The position numbers and the translations under genes are program-made. From the human T2T-CHM13v2.0 reference genome, Homo sapiens, in the NCBI RefSeq assembly GCF_009914755.1, contig NC_060945.1: 64,000 nt of DNA, one strand, 5' to 3'. Below, one piece after another: positions 21,926 through 41,724 of the stretch (positions are counted from its first letter, which is position 1; every line of letters starts with the position of its first letter). The notes under the pieces were generated by a model. That model worked only from the letters and a program-made list of their open reading frames with translations. It ran no database searches and was not told where the DNA came from.

Positions 21926-22273
21926 TGTATTAGTCCATTTTCACACTGCGATAAAGAACTACCTGAGCATGGGTAATTTATAAAGAAAAGGTTTAATCGA
22001 CTCACAGTTCTCCATGGCTGGGGAAGCCACAGGAAACTTACAATTATGGCAGAAGGCAAAGGGGAAGCAAGGCACATCTTACATGGTGGCAGGAGACAGA
22101 GTGAAGGGGGGAATTGTCACACACTTTAAACCATGAGATCTCATGAGAACTCACCATCATGAGAACAGCATGGGGAAAACCGCCCCCATGATTCAATCAC
22201 CTCCCACCAGCAACACGTGGGGATTACAATTCTATATGAGATTTGGATGGGGACACAGAGCCAACCCATATCA
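21926..22273. mobile_element. THE1D/MSTA-type MaLR solo LTR inserted inside an AluJ
   Basis: tgtattagtccattttcacactg...aacccatatca; the antisense Alu resumes on both sides. Confidence 0.88.
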
Positions 22274-23237
22274 CAGGAGTCTCACTATGTTGTCCAGGTC
22301 AGTCTCCTGGGCTCAGGCGATCCTCCTGCCTTGGCATCCCAAATTGCTGAGGTTACAGGTGTGAGCCACCACAGATGGCCTGATATTTTTTTCTTAGCCC
22401 CCAACAATGAGCTTCTGCACCCTCTTTGGAGACAACTGCTATAACTCAGTTTGTCCCAGAAGTAGGCCATATGTGGCCCTAGGACCAAAGGGTCGCTACA
22501 CCAAGGGCAGGCAGTGTTTTGGAAGGGCTGGTGTTTGCCAAGGGTGGCTGTGGCAAACAATGAGAACAGACTGGGAATTCTCACAGAGCAGAGAGTTGAA
22601 CACACGGATCTTCAGGGAGTGCCGGTGTGGGTGTAGCCCGTGTGTATGTGGGCAAGAAATGAGCCCTACCGCAGCAGCCAGGGTGGTGCTCAGGACTTCA
22701 TGTGCATGATTTTCTTACCACCCCTCAGAAAGTAAGGACCCTTAGCCCATTCTACAAAGCCAGCAGAACTGAGGCTCAGAGAAGCAGGGTGAAGAATCGA
22801 AACCTAGGTCTCTCACCAGCGCTCTATGTTGTCAACCACAGTGCTGAGAAAGTTAAACAGGAACCAGATAGCCGGGGCTGTCTAGTCATGTGCAGAAGAG
22901 ACAGTTTCTGAGACTGCCCCACCCAGTTATGACTTCCTGCTAAACAAGCTCCTGCCAGGGCCACAGCAGAGGAGATGGGAGATCATACACAGAGAGGAGG
23001 TTCCCCACTTACAAGGCGTGATGAAGTGTGTTTTAAAGGAGAGCAAGCCTTACTTTCCAGTATTTGCACACAATGCTCAGTTGAAAATCAGTAGAAGTAG
23101 CTGGAATCATGGAGATCATTGATGAAGACTGTAAAGTTTTGAACAACTGTCTTGGGGAGCAGACAGTCTTCTGTGCTATTTGGTCTTAAATGCTCTGAGG
23201 TAAAAGAATGCAGCTGTCGGCCGGGCATGGTGGCTCA

Positions 23238-23527
<290 letters not shown>

Positions 23528-24471
23528 TTATGTATATTTTACCACAGTGAAAAAATTTAAAAACAAAACACTATGGGCTGAAAGTGGGGGCTGGGGAGAC
23601 AAGTGTGATTGTTCTGCAGCTGGAGAGAGCCGGGGCTCCCCCTTCTCTGATGAGCAAGCACCTGTCCCATCCTCAGAGGTGTTTAGAAGCAGATGAGAGG
23701 TAGCAAATTAAGCAGAAGCTTGCCCTTCAATGTTTTGGCTATAGAAATGGAAGTCACTTGACATTTTACCCTAAACTGATGTTATAATAATGACTTTTAG
23801 GAACAGATGGCCCTTTCTTTCTAGCCTCCTTCCTGGCGGCCACTTATCCATCTCTTCTGCCTCCTCCAACCACTCAGCGTTATCATCTCTTGCATTTCAT
23901 AACATATGCCATTCCATCTGCTTGATATTATTTTATCCTCCTCCTCCACCTGGCAGAGTCCTAGTTAAGTCATTTTTTGGTTTATTTAACAAATATGTGG
24001 GAACCAGGCTGAGTTCTGGTTTTGAGGAGCTTCTTGCTCTCTTTCTGTACTTCCTCAGGTACAGGGAGGGACTCTGCCATAGGGTGGCCCTATGATTAAC
24101 ATAGTTGCCCATTGCTGGCTGAGAGGTAGGAGCTGTTTTATGAAACAAACAGGGTCCATATCTTCGGTTCCTAGCGGTGTCTGGCATATATAGGTGCCCG
24201 GTACGTGACTAAACGAACATGAAGGTTGATGTATCTGCCCAAGGCGGTGCTAGAAGGAAGAGGGGAAGGTACTAAACCAAATGTTTAATCAATTAATTTG
24301 TAGGACTAGACAGGTGGGGGCTCAGAGAACAGTGGGTTTTCTGCCCCAAACTTGGACCTTTCATCATCTTAATAATCATCTCCCCGAGGCAGATGCTATT
24401 TCACTGATCACCCACCTTTTGCTCAGGAGGATGTTCTTCCTGGTATGCTTTTTTTTTTTTTTTTTTTTTGA

Positions 24472-24579
<108 letters not shown>

Positions 24580-26069
24580 TAGCTGGGACTACAGGCATAC
24601 ACCAGCACGCCCGGCTAAATTTTGTATTTTCAGCAGAGATGGGGTTTCACCATGTTGCCCAGGCTGATCTCAAACTCCTGACTCAAGTGATGTACCCACC
24701 TCGGCCTCTCAAAGTGCTGGGATTACAGGCGTGAGCCGCCACGACTGGCTCTCTCTTTTTTTTTTTTTCTTTTGAGACAAGGTCTCACTTTGGCTTTGTT
24801 GCCCAGGCTGAAGTGCAGTGGCGTGATCATGGCCCACTGCAGCCTCGACCTCCCAGGTTCAGCCTCCTGTGTAACTGGGACCACAGGTGTGTGCCACCAT
24901 GCCCAGCTAATGTTTTTTATTTTTATTTTATTTTATTTTATTTTTGAGATGGAGTCTGGCTCTGTTGCCCAGGTTGGAGTGCAGTGGCTCAATCTTGGCT
25001 CACTGCAACCTCTGCCTCCGGGTTCAACAATTCTCCTGCCTCAGCCCCCAGAGTAGCTGGGGTTACAGGCATCCACCACCACAACCAGCTAATTTTTGTA
25101 TTTTTAGTAGAGACAAGATTTCACCATATTGTTCAGGCTGGTCTCAAATTCCTGACCTCAGGTGATCTGCCCACCTCGGCCTCCCAAAGTGCTGGGATTA
25201 CAGGCATGAGCCACTGCACCTGGCCTGTTTTTTATTTTTTGAAGAGACTGGATCTCCCTATGTTGACCAGGCTGGTCTCAAATTCCTGGGCTCAAGCAAA
25301 CCTCCCACCTCAGACTCCTAAAGTGCTGGGATTACAGGTGTGAGCCACCACACCCAGCCCCCTGACATGCTTTTTACCTCTTCCCTGCTGGTTCCAGGAC
25401 TACCCAGCTTCAGTCCAACCCCCCTAAAGCATCTCTGTGAAGACCACCCATGCTGTCTTCACTAGGCTTGTCCATAATTCTCGCCGGACCCTTTGACAAC
25501 CAAACAGGACTCGGTGCACAGCTGTACTTCTTGCAGCTCTTTGTGTTATATGAATGGTACTGTGTTAACTAAGGACTCAATTGAATAGTGTTCCACGTTT
25601 CTCCTCCTATTATGTTTTGTTTGTTTCCATCTTATCCAAGATAACAATCTAAATTTCATGCCCGGATATGGTGGCTCACGCCTGTAATCCCTATACTTTG
25701 GGAGAGATCACTTGAGGTCAGGAGTTCGAGACCAGCCTGGCCTACGTGGTGAAACCCTGTCTCTACAAAAAGTACAAAAATTAGCCAGATGTGGTGGTGT
25801 GTGCCTGTAATCCTAGCTACTTGGGAGGATGAGGCAGGAAAATCGCTTGAACCCAGCGGGGCAGAGGCTGCAATAAGCCTAGGTCACACTACTGCACTCC
25901 AGCCTGGGTGACAAAGCGAGACTCTGTCTCAAAAATAAATAAATAAATAAAATAAATAAATTGTGTCAGGAAACAGACAAGTTGTTTAATGTTTTGGGAG
26001 GGGTAGCTCTTGTGGCCAGCTGAAGACGATGATTGGCCTAATAGCAATCGATTTGGTTAATACTATTTG

Positions 26070-26917
<848 letters not shown>

Positions 26918-28633
26918 ATATGTACATATGAAGCTAGGCAGGCACCATGACACACCTGTAGTCCCACTTACTCAGGAGGCTGAAACAGGAAGATGATTGA
27001 GACCAGGAGTTTGAGACAAACCTTGGCAACGTAGCAAGACCACATCTGTACAAAAAGTCAGAAAATCAGCTGGGCATGGCTGCACAAACCTATAGTCCCA
27101 GCTACTCAGGAGGCTGAGGCAGAAAGATAACTTGAGCCCAGGAGTTCAAGGCTGAGGTGACTTATGATCGAGCCATTGCACTCTAGCCTGGGCAACAGAG
27201 TAAGACCCTGTCTCAAAAAGAAAAAAAAAAATCTGCATAATCAATATCACCAGCAAGGTAAAAGATAAATGGCAAACTGAGAAAAATATTTCAGACTCCT
27301 GTCACAAAGTGCTTATTTCTCCAATACTTGAAGAATGCCTACCAAAAAAAAAAAAAAAAAAAGAAAAGAAAAATGGGCAATGGATATGAGTAGGGAGTTT
27401 ACCAAAAAATACAATTGGCCTTTACACATGTAAAATATGCCAAAATTTACAATGTTAGAAAAAAATAAAAATTGTTCTGAGATATTATTCACTGATCATT
27501 TGCAGGTATCAATAAGGGAAAACAGGATACTCCATATATTGCAGGTAGGAATATAAATTGGTTCAACCTCTCTGGAGGAAATTTGGCAATTTCTATCAAA
27601 ATTACAAATGCATGTACCTTTTGACCCAGAAAATCTATTTCCAGGAATTTATCTGATATATGTGCATATGCACAAAATGACTTATGTACAAGTTATTCAT
27701 TAAAGTAGTACTGGCCAGGTGCGGTGGCTCATGCCTGCCTGTAATCCCAACACTTTGGAAGCCCGAGGCAGGTGGATCACCTGAAGTCAGTCAGGAGTTC
27801 AAGACCAGCCTGGCCAACGTGGTGGAACCCCGTATATACCAAAAATACAAAAATTAGCCAGACATGGTGGCATGTCCCTGTAATCCCAGCTATTCAGGAG
27901 GCTGAGGCAGGAGAATCTCTGAACCCGGGGGGTTGGAGGTTGCAGTAAGCTGAGATCGTGCCCCTGTACTCCAACCTGGGCGACAGAGTGAGACCCTGTC
28001 TCAAAATAAATAAATAAATAAAATATAAAGTAGTACTGATAGTAGCATAGGTTTGGAGACAAACTCCGTGTTCTCCAGTAGGAGACTGGCTAAATAAATT
28101 GTGACACATTAATTTAATGGAATATTATGAAGATGCAAAATACTGTGAGGAAGCTCTTTTTTTTTTTTTTTTTTTTTTTTCTGAGATGGAGCCTCGCTCT
28201 GGAGACTGGAGAGCAGTGGCGCGATCTTGGCTCACTGCAACCTCTGCCTCCCAGGTTCAAGCAATTCTCCTGCCTCAGCCTCCTGAGTAGCTAGGGTTAT
28301 AGGCATGCACCACCATGCCCGGGTAGTTTTTGTAGTTTTAGTAGAGACGGGGTTTCACCATGTTGGCCAGGCTGGTCTTGAACTCCTGACCTCTGGTGAT
28401 CCACCTGCCTCGGCCTCCCAAAGTGCTGGGATTACAGGTGTGAGCACTGGCCAGAGGAACTTCTTAATAGCCTTGTCTTTTGGCACCCATGGGGCACAGT
28501 TTGTGCAGTGAATCGGCTGCGTGTGGCCGCAGCCCTTTTTGGCAGGACCATTATTCCTTTCCTTTGTATCTTTAGTAGAGGCGGGGTTTCACCATGTTGG
28601 CCAGGCTAGTCTGAAACTCCTGACCTCAAGTGA

Positions 28634-28936
<303 letters not shown>

Positions 28937-29276
28937 TAACTTTCTGTAGAGACGGGGTTTCACTATGTTGCCCAGGCTGCTCTCAAACTCCTGGAATCAA
29001 GTGATCCTCCCATCTAAGCCTCCCAAAGTGGCAGGATTACAGGCATGAGCCACCACCCCCAGAGTAGTTTTTATAATTTAAAAAAATCCTTTTATACCAA
29101 CCTCTTATAAGTTTAACCTCTACTTGATTGCCTTCTGCTTCTCTTATATGAGTAAGACTTGGGAATGTAGAATTAACTTCACAGTATGTTACTATTGTGT
29201 AAAAAAAAAGTGGGGAAGTGGGACGGGCAAGAATTTGTATGTATAGGTATGTATTTGCTTAGACATGGATAGACTA

Positions 29277-32490
<3,214 letters not shown>

Positions 32491-32601
32491 TAAATAAAGT
32501 CTATGGGGTGGGCGAGGTGGCTTATGCCTGTAATGACAACACTTTGGGAGACTGAGGCGGGAAGATCACCTGAGGTCAGGATTTCAAGACCAACCCGGCT
32601 A

Positions 32602-32871
<270 letters not shown>

Positions 32872-33193
32872 CTAGACCCAACAGACTAAAACAAAAATGG
32901 AGTCACTCATGCCAAAGTTGCACGTCACCAAGCAAAACTAAGTTGTTCATTTGATGCAAATGGGCCAGTTTTAGCCGGCATAATAAGGAAGTCCCCTCTG
33001 TTTGCCCTTACAAGGAAAGTAACCTGAAGTAACCAGATACTAATCAACCTACTTTTTGTATTTGCTGTTTTCTTGTTCCTGCTCATGTTACCTTCCAAAC
33101 CCGACTGTTCTGCCGTGCCCAACAGAGCACCTGTGTTTTTAGATGAGATGCTCCCCATTCACGCCTCACAAACAAAGCCAATTATATCATTAA

Positions 33194-33834
<641 letters not shown>

Positions 33835-33878
33835 TGAAGAGCTAAGAGCTAGAAAACACACTTTTTTTTTTTTCTTGA

Positions 33879-34073
<195 letters not shown>

Positions 34074-34916
34074 TAGTAGAGACAGGGTTTCACCGTGTTA
34101 GCCAGGATGGTCTCCATCTCCTGACCTCGTGATCCATCCGCTTCCGCCTTCCAAAGTGCTGGGATTATAGGCGTGAGCCACCGCGCCCGGCCGGGTCTCC
34201 CTTTTTCACCCAGACCGGAGTGCAGTGGCACAATCAGGGCTCAGTGCAGTGTTGACCTCCCGGGCTCAATCAGTCTTCCCACCTCTCCCTCCCAAGTAGC
34301 TGGGACCATAGGTGCACACAACCACACCCAGCTAATTTTTTTTTTATTTTTGTAGAGACAAGGTCTTGCTATGTTGCCCAGGCTGGTCTCAAACTCCTAG
34401 GCTCAAGCAATCCACCTGCTTCAGCCTCTTAAAGTGCTAGAGGGGACCCGGTGGCTCACGCCTGTAATCCCAGCACTTAAGGAGGTTGAGGCGGGTGGAT
34501 CGCTTGAGCCCAGGAGTTTGAAACCAGCCTAGGCAACATGGCAAAATCCCATCTCTACAAAACAAACAAACAAACAAAAAAACATACAAAAATAAGCTGG
34601 GTGTGGTAGCACCCTGTAGTCCCAGCTACTTGGGAGGCTGAGAGGTGAGAGGATCACTTAAGCATAGGAGGTTGATGCAGCAGTGAGCTGTGATCGTGCC
34701 ACTGCACTCCAGCGTCGGCGACAGAGTGAGACTCCGTTTCAAAAAACAACCCCACCCCCAGAAAAACCCTCATGAATTCATAGTGATATTTCTGATTCAC
34801 AGAAAATTCAGATTTGACTTTTTGTTCTTTAGACTTACACGTAAATTTGAATTTGTCTGATATGAGCAGCACAGGTGCGTGGCTGAGCAACTGCTGTGGT
34901 CAGGAAGTCCCCATAA

Positions 34917-35261
<345 letters not shown>

Positions 35262-35859
35262 TGAGCCACCGCGCCTGGCCCATTACATCTTTTACATCCC
35301 TGATTTTGATTTCTTCCTACAAGTAAATATGTATTTAAAATTCATCATCATCTTATGTTAATATAGACAGACATTTTGTTTGTCTAATGTTTGTTCTTTG
35401 GAAGATTCCTAAAAAAGAAATCATGAGAACAATATTTCTTGAGTTATTGCATATTGATGACAGTTTGTGGCCTTTATCTTGAATCTCACTTTGGCTAATT
35501 ATAAAATTCTTGGCACATATGTTCTTTCCTTCAGTTTATTAAAAAATATATACTATTGAGTTTTCTTTTGGCCTAAAGCACTGCTGGCAAAGTTTGATGA
35601 TAGTTTGATCTTTTTTCCTTTACAAATAACTTGGTTATTTTGCCTGGATTTATAAGAAATTAAAGTCCAATAATTTTACTAAAGTAAGCCTTGGTATTGG
35701 TGGTTCTAGGTCAGTTTCTTCAGACATTTACTGTGTTCTTTTTTTTTTTTTAAATAGAGATGGAGTCTTACTATGTTGTTGCATAGGCTGGTCTCAAACT
35801 ACTAGGCTCAAGCAATTCACCAGCCTTGGCCTTCCAAAGTCTTGGGATTAAGGGTGTGA

Positions 35860-36075
<216 letters not shown>

Positions 36076-36727
36076 TAGTAGAGACGGGGTTTCACCATGT
36101 TGGCCAGGCTGGTCTCGAACTCCTGACCTTTTGATCTGCCCTCCTCAGCCTCCCAAAGTTCTGGGATTACAGGTGTGAGCCACTGTGCCTGGCTTTTTTT
36201 TTTTTTTTCTGAGACAGAGTCTTACTCTGTCGTCCAGGCTACAGTGCAGTGGCATGATCTCAGCTCAATGCAACCTCTGCCTCCGGATTCAAGTGATTCT
36301 TGTGCCTCAGCCTCCCGAGGAGCTGGGATTACAGACATGTTTCCACCACACCCAGCTAATTTTTGTGTTTTTAGTAGAGATACCATGTTTACCAGGCTGG
36401 TCTCGAACTCCTGACCTCAGGTGATACATCGGCCTCGGCCTCCCAAAGTGCTGGGATTACAGGTACTCACCACCACGCCCAACTAATTTTTTTCTTTTTT
36501 TGAGACAGAGTTTCACTCTTGTTGCCCAGGCTGGAGTGCAATGAATGTCATGATCTCAGCTCACCGCAACCTCTGCCACCTAGGTTCAAGTGATCCTCCT
36601 GCCTCAGCCTCCAGAGTAGCTGGGATTACAGGCATGCGCCACCATGACCGCCTAATTTTGTATGTTTAGTAGAGACAGGGTTTCTCCATGTTGGTCAGGC
36701 TGGTCTCAAACTCCTAACCTCAGGTGA

Positions 36728-37087
<360 letters not shown>

Positions 37088-37134
37088 TAAAGAGAAGTCA
37101 CATCGAGCAGTGGAAGTGGAGAAAGAACAAATAA

Positions 37135-37545
<411 letters not shown>

Positions 37546-37897
37546 TAGCCAGGATGGTCTCGATCTCCTGACCTCGTGATCCACCCACCTCGGCCTGCCA
37601 AACTGCTGGGATTACAAGCGTGAGCCACCTTGCCCAGCCCATATCTCATTTTTGTATTAAATTAGTTTTCCTGACATTTATCGACGTCGTTTTTCCTTTG
37701 ACCCTATTGATTCCCTGCTGCTTGGTTGGTTTTCTTCCCAGTACTTTCATCCCATGTGGGGCTTTGTCCTGGAAAGGCACGCTGGTTGGTTTACTTTTCA
37801 GAATCTGAGTGGGCCAGACTGCTCCTGCTCCCTGAGTCCTAGCTACAGTCTGGTGGTTCTCATTCATTGGTATAGGCGCCATCTTGCTGTTGTTCTT

Positions 37898-40800
37898 TTT
37901 TTTTTTTTTTTTTAATATACTTTAGGTTCTGTGATACATGTGCAGAACATGCAGGTTTGTTACATAGGTATACATGTGCCATGGTGGCTTGCTGCACCCA
38001 TCAACCTGTCATCTACATTAGGTATTTGTCCTAATGCTATTCCTCCTCTAGCCCCCACCCCCCGATAGGCCCTGGTGTGTGATGTTCCCCTCCCTGTGTC
38101 CAAGTGTTCTCATTATTCTACTCCCACTTATGAGTGAGAACATGCAGTGTTTGGTTTTCTGTTCCTGTGTTAGTTTGCTGAGAATGATGGTTTCTGGCTT
38201 CGTCCATGTCCCTGCAAAGGACATGCACTCATCCTTTTTTATGGCTGCATAGTATTCCATGATGTATATGTGCCACATTTTCTTTATCCAGTCTATCATT
38301 GATGGGCATTTGGGTTGGTTTCAAGTCTTTACTATTGTGAACAGCACTGCAATAAACATATGTGTGCATGTGTTTTTATAGTAGAATGATGTATAATCCT
38401 TTGGGTATATAATACCCAGTAATGCGATTGCTGGGTCAAATGGTATTTCTGGTTCTAGATCTTTGAGGAATCGCCACAATGTCTTCCACAATGGTTGAAC
38501 TAATTTATACTCCCATCAACAGTGTAAAAGCATTCCCTATTTTCCACATCCTCTCTAGCATCTCTTGTTTCCAGACTTTTTAATGATTGCCATTCTAACT
38601 GGCATGATATGGTATCTCATTGTGGTTTTGATTTGCATTTCTCTAATAACTGGTGATGATGAGCTTTTTTTCATATGTTTGTTGGCCGCATAAATATCTT
38701 CTTTTGAGAAGTGTCTGTTCATATCCTTCACCCACTTTTTGATGGGTTTTTTTTTCTTGTAAATTTGTTTAAGTTCTTTGTAGATTCTGGATGTTAGCTT
38801 TTTGTCAGATGGATAGATTGCAAAACTTTTCTCCCATTCTGTAGGTTGCCTGTTCACTCTGATGATAGTTTCTTTTGCTGTGCAGAAGCTCTTTAGTTTA
38901 ATTACATTTGTCAATTTTGACTTTTGTTGCCATTGCTTTTGGTGTTTTAGTCATGAATTCTTTGCCCATGCCTATGTCCTGAATGGTATTGCCTAGGTTT
39001 TCTTCTAGGGTTTTTATGGTTTTAGGTGTTGCATTTAAGTCTTTAATCCATCTTGAGTTAATTTTTATATAAGGTGTAAGGAAGGGATCCAGTTTCAGTT
39101 TTCTGCATATGGCTAGCCAGTTCTCCCAATACCATTTATTGAATAGGGAATCCTTTCCCCATCGCTTGTTTTTATCAGGTTTGTCAAAGTTCAGATGGTT
39201 GTAGATGTGTGGCATTATTTCTGAGGCCTTTGTTCTGTTCCATTGGTCTATCTGTCTGTTTTGGTACCAGTACCATGCTGTTTTGGTTACTGTAACCCTG
39301 TAATATAGTTTGAAGTCAGGTAGCATAATGCCTCCAGCTTTGTTCTTTTTGCTTAGGATTGTCTTGGCTATATGGGCTCTTTTTTGATTCCATATGAAAT
39401 TTAAATTAGCTCCTTCAGGAGCTCTTGTAAGGCAGGCCTAGTGGTGACAAAATCTCAGCATTTGCTTGTCTGTAAAGGATTTTGTTTTTCCTTTGCTTAT
39501 GAAGCTTAGTTTGGCTGGATATGAAATTCTGGGTTGAAAATTCTTTTCTTTAAGATTGTTGAATATTGGCCCCCACTCTCTTCTGGCTTGTAGAGTTTCT
39601 GTAGAGAGATTCACTGTTAGTCTGATGGGCTTCCCTTTGTGGGTAACCCGACCTTTCTCTCTGGCTGCCCTTAACATTTTTTCCTTCATTTCAACCTTGG
39701 TGAAACTAACGATTATGTGTCTTGGGGTTGCTCTTCTTAAGGAGTATCTTTGTGGTGTTCTCTGTATTTCCTGAATTTGAATGTTGGCCTGCCTTGCTAG
39801 GTTGAGGAAGTCCTCCTGGATAATATCCTGAAGAGTATTTTCCAACTTGGTTCCATTCTCCCCATCATTTTCAGGTACACCAATCAAACGTAGGTTTGAT
39901 CTTTTCACATAGCCCCATATTTCTTGGAGGCTTTGTTCGTTCCTTTTCATTCTTTTTTCTCTAATCTTGTCTTCACGCTTTATTTCATTATGTTGATCTT
40001 CAATCTATGATATCCTTTCTTCCGCTTGATTGATTTGACTAGTGATACTTATGTATGCTTCACGAAGTTCTTGTGCTGTGTTTTTCAGCTCCATCAGGTC
40101 ATGCATGTTCTTCTCTAAACTGGGTTTTCTAGTTAGCAATTCATCTAACCTTTTTCAAGGTTCTTAGCTTCCTTGCATTGGGTTAGAACATGCTCCTTTA
40201 GCTCAGAGGAGTTTGTCATTACCCACCTTTTGAAGCCTACTTCTGTTAATTTGTCAAAGTCATTCTCCATCCAGTTTTATTCCCTTGCTGGCAAGGAACT
40301 GTGATCCTTTGGAGGAGAAGAGGCGTTCTGGTTTTTGGAATTTTCAGCCTTTTTTGCGCTGGTTTCTCCTCATCTTCGTGGATTTATCTACCTTTGGTCT
40401 TTGATGTTGCTGACCTTCAGATGGGGTGTCTGTGTGGACGTCCTTCTTGTTTATGTTTATGCTATTGCTTTCTGTTTGTTAGTTTTCCTTCTAATAGTCA
40501 GGCCTCTCTGCTGCAGGTCTGCTGGAGTTTGCTGGAGGTCCACTCCAGACCCTGTTTGCCTGGGTATCACCAGCAGAGGTTGCAGAACAGCAAAGATTGC
40601 TGCCTGTTCCTTCCTCTGGAAGCTTCGTCCCAGAGGGGCACCCACCAGATGCCAGTGGGAGCTCTCCTGTATGAGGTGTCTGTCAATCCCTGGTGGGAGG
40701 TGTCTCCTAGTCAGGTGGCAGAAGGGTCAGGGACCCACTTGAGGAGGCAGTCTGTCCCTTAGCAGAGCTCAAGCACTGTGCTGGGAGATCTGCTGCTCTC

Positions 40801-41724
40801 TTCAGAGCTGGCAGGCAGGGATGTTTAATTCCGCCGAAGCTGCACCCACAGCCACCCCTTCCCCCAGGTGTTCTGTCCCAGGGAGATGGGAGTTTTATCT
40901 ATAAGCCCCTGACTGGGGTTGCTGCCTTTCTTTCAGAAATGCCCTGCCCAGAGAGGAGGAATCTAGAGAGGCAGTCTGGCTATGGAGGCTTTGCTGAGCT
41001 GCAGTGGGCTCCCCACCAGTTCGAACTTCCCTGCAGTTTTGTTTACACTGTGAGGGGAAAACTGCCTACTCAAGCTTCAGTAATGGTGGATGCCCCCACC
41101 CTTCACTAAGCTTAAGCGTCCCAGGTCGACTTCAGATTGCTGTGCTGGCAGCGAGAATTTCAGGCCAGTGGATCTTAGCTTGCTGGGCTCTGTGGGGTTG
41201 GGATCCGTTGAGCTAGACCACTTGGTTCCCTGGCTTCAGCCCCCTTTCCAGGGGAGTGAACGGTTCTGTCTCACTGGCATTCCAGGCGTCACTGGGGTAT
41301 GAAAAAAAACTGCAGCTAGCTCAGTGTCTGCTCAAATGGCCACCCAATTTTGTGCTTGAAACCCAGGGTCCTGGTGGTGTAGGCACCCAGGGGAGTCTCC
41401 TGGTGTGCAGGTTGTGAAGACTGTGGGAAAAGTGTAGTAGTATCTGGGCTGGAGTGCACCGTTCCTCAAGGCACAGTTCCTCCCAGCTTCCCTTGGGTAG
41501 AGGAGGGAGTTCCCCGGCCCCTTGCACTTCCCGGGTGAGGTGACGCCCCACCCTGCTTCTGTTCACCCTCTGTGGGCTGCACCCACTGTCTAAGCAGTCT
41601 CAATGAGATGAGCCGGGTACCTCAGTTGGAAATGCATCAATCACCTGCCTTCTGCGTTGGTCTCACTGGGAGACAAGCTGCAGACAAGAGCTGTTCCTAT
41701 TCGGCCATCTTGCTACTCCCCCCT
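37898..41724 (-). mobile_element. L1PA (about PA6/PA7) with both termini but a large internal deletion; non-functional
   Basis: poly-A tail at the left end; 3'UTR and ORF2 C-terminus (ORFs 38555-39326); ORF1 (ATG at 40373, ORF 39438-39950); 5'UTR starting GGGGGAGTAGCAAGATGGCCGAATAGGAACAGCTC; TSD CTGTTGTTCTT at 37887-37897 and 41725-41735. Confidence 0.95.

Noticed and set aside
39400-39415. L1 internal deletion as a spliced-L1 product
   Set aside because: By recalled consensus the removed segment would not begin with GT or end with AG; microhomology fits better.
38048-39950. L1 ORF1/ORF2 fragments as active genes
   Set aside because: Frameshifted and fragmented, with EN and RT domains deleted.
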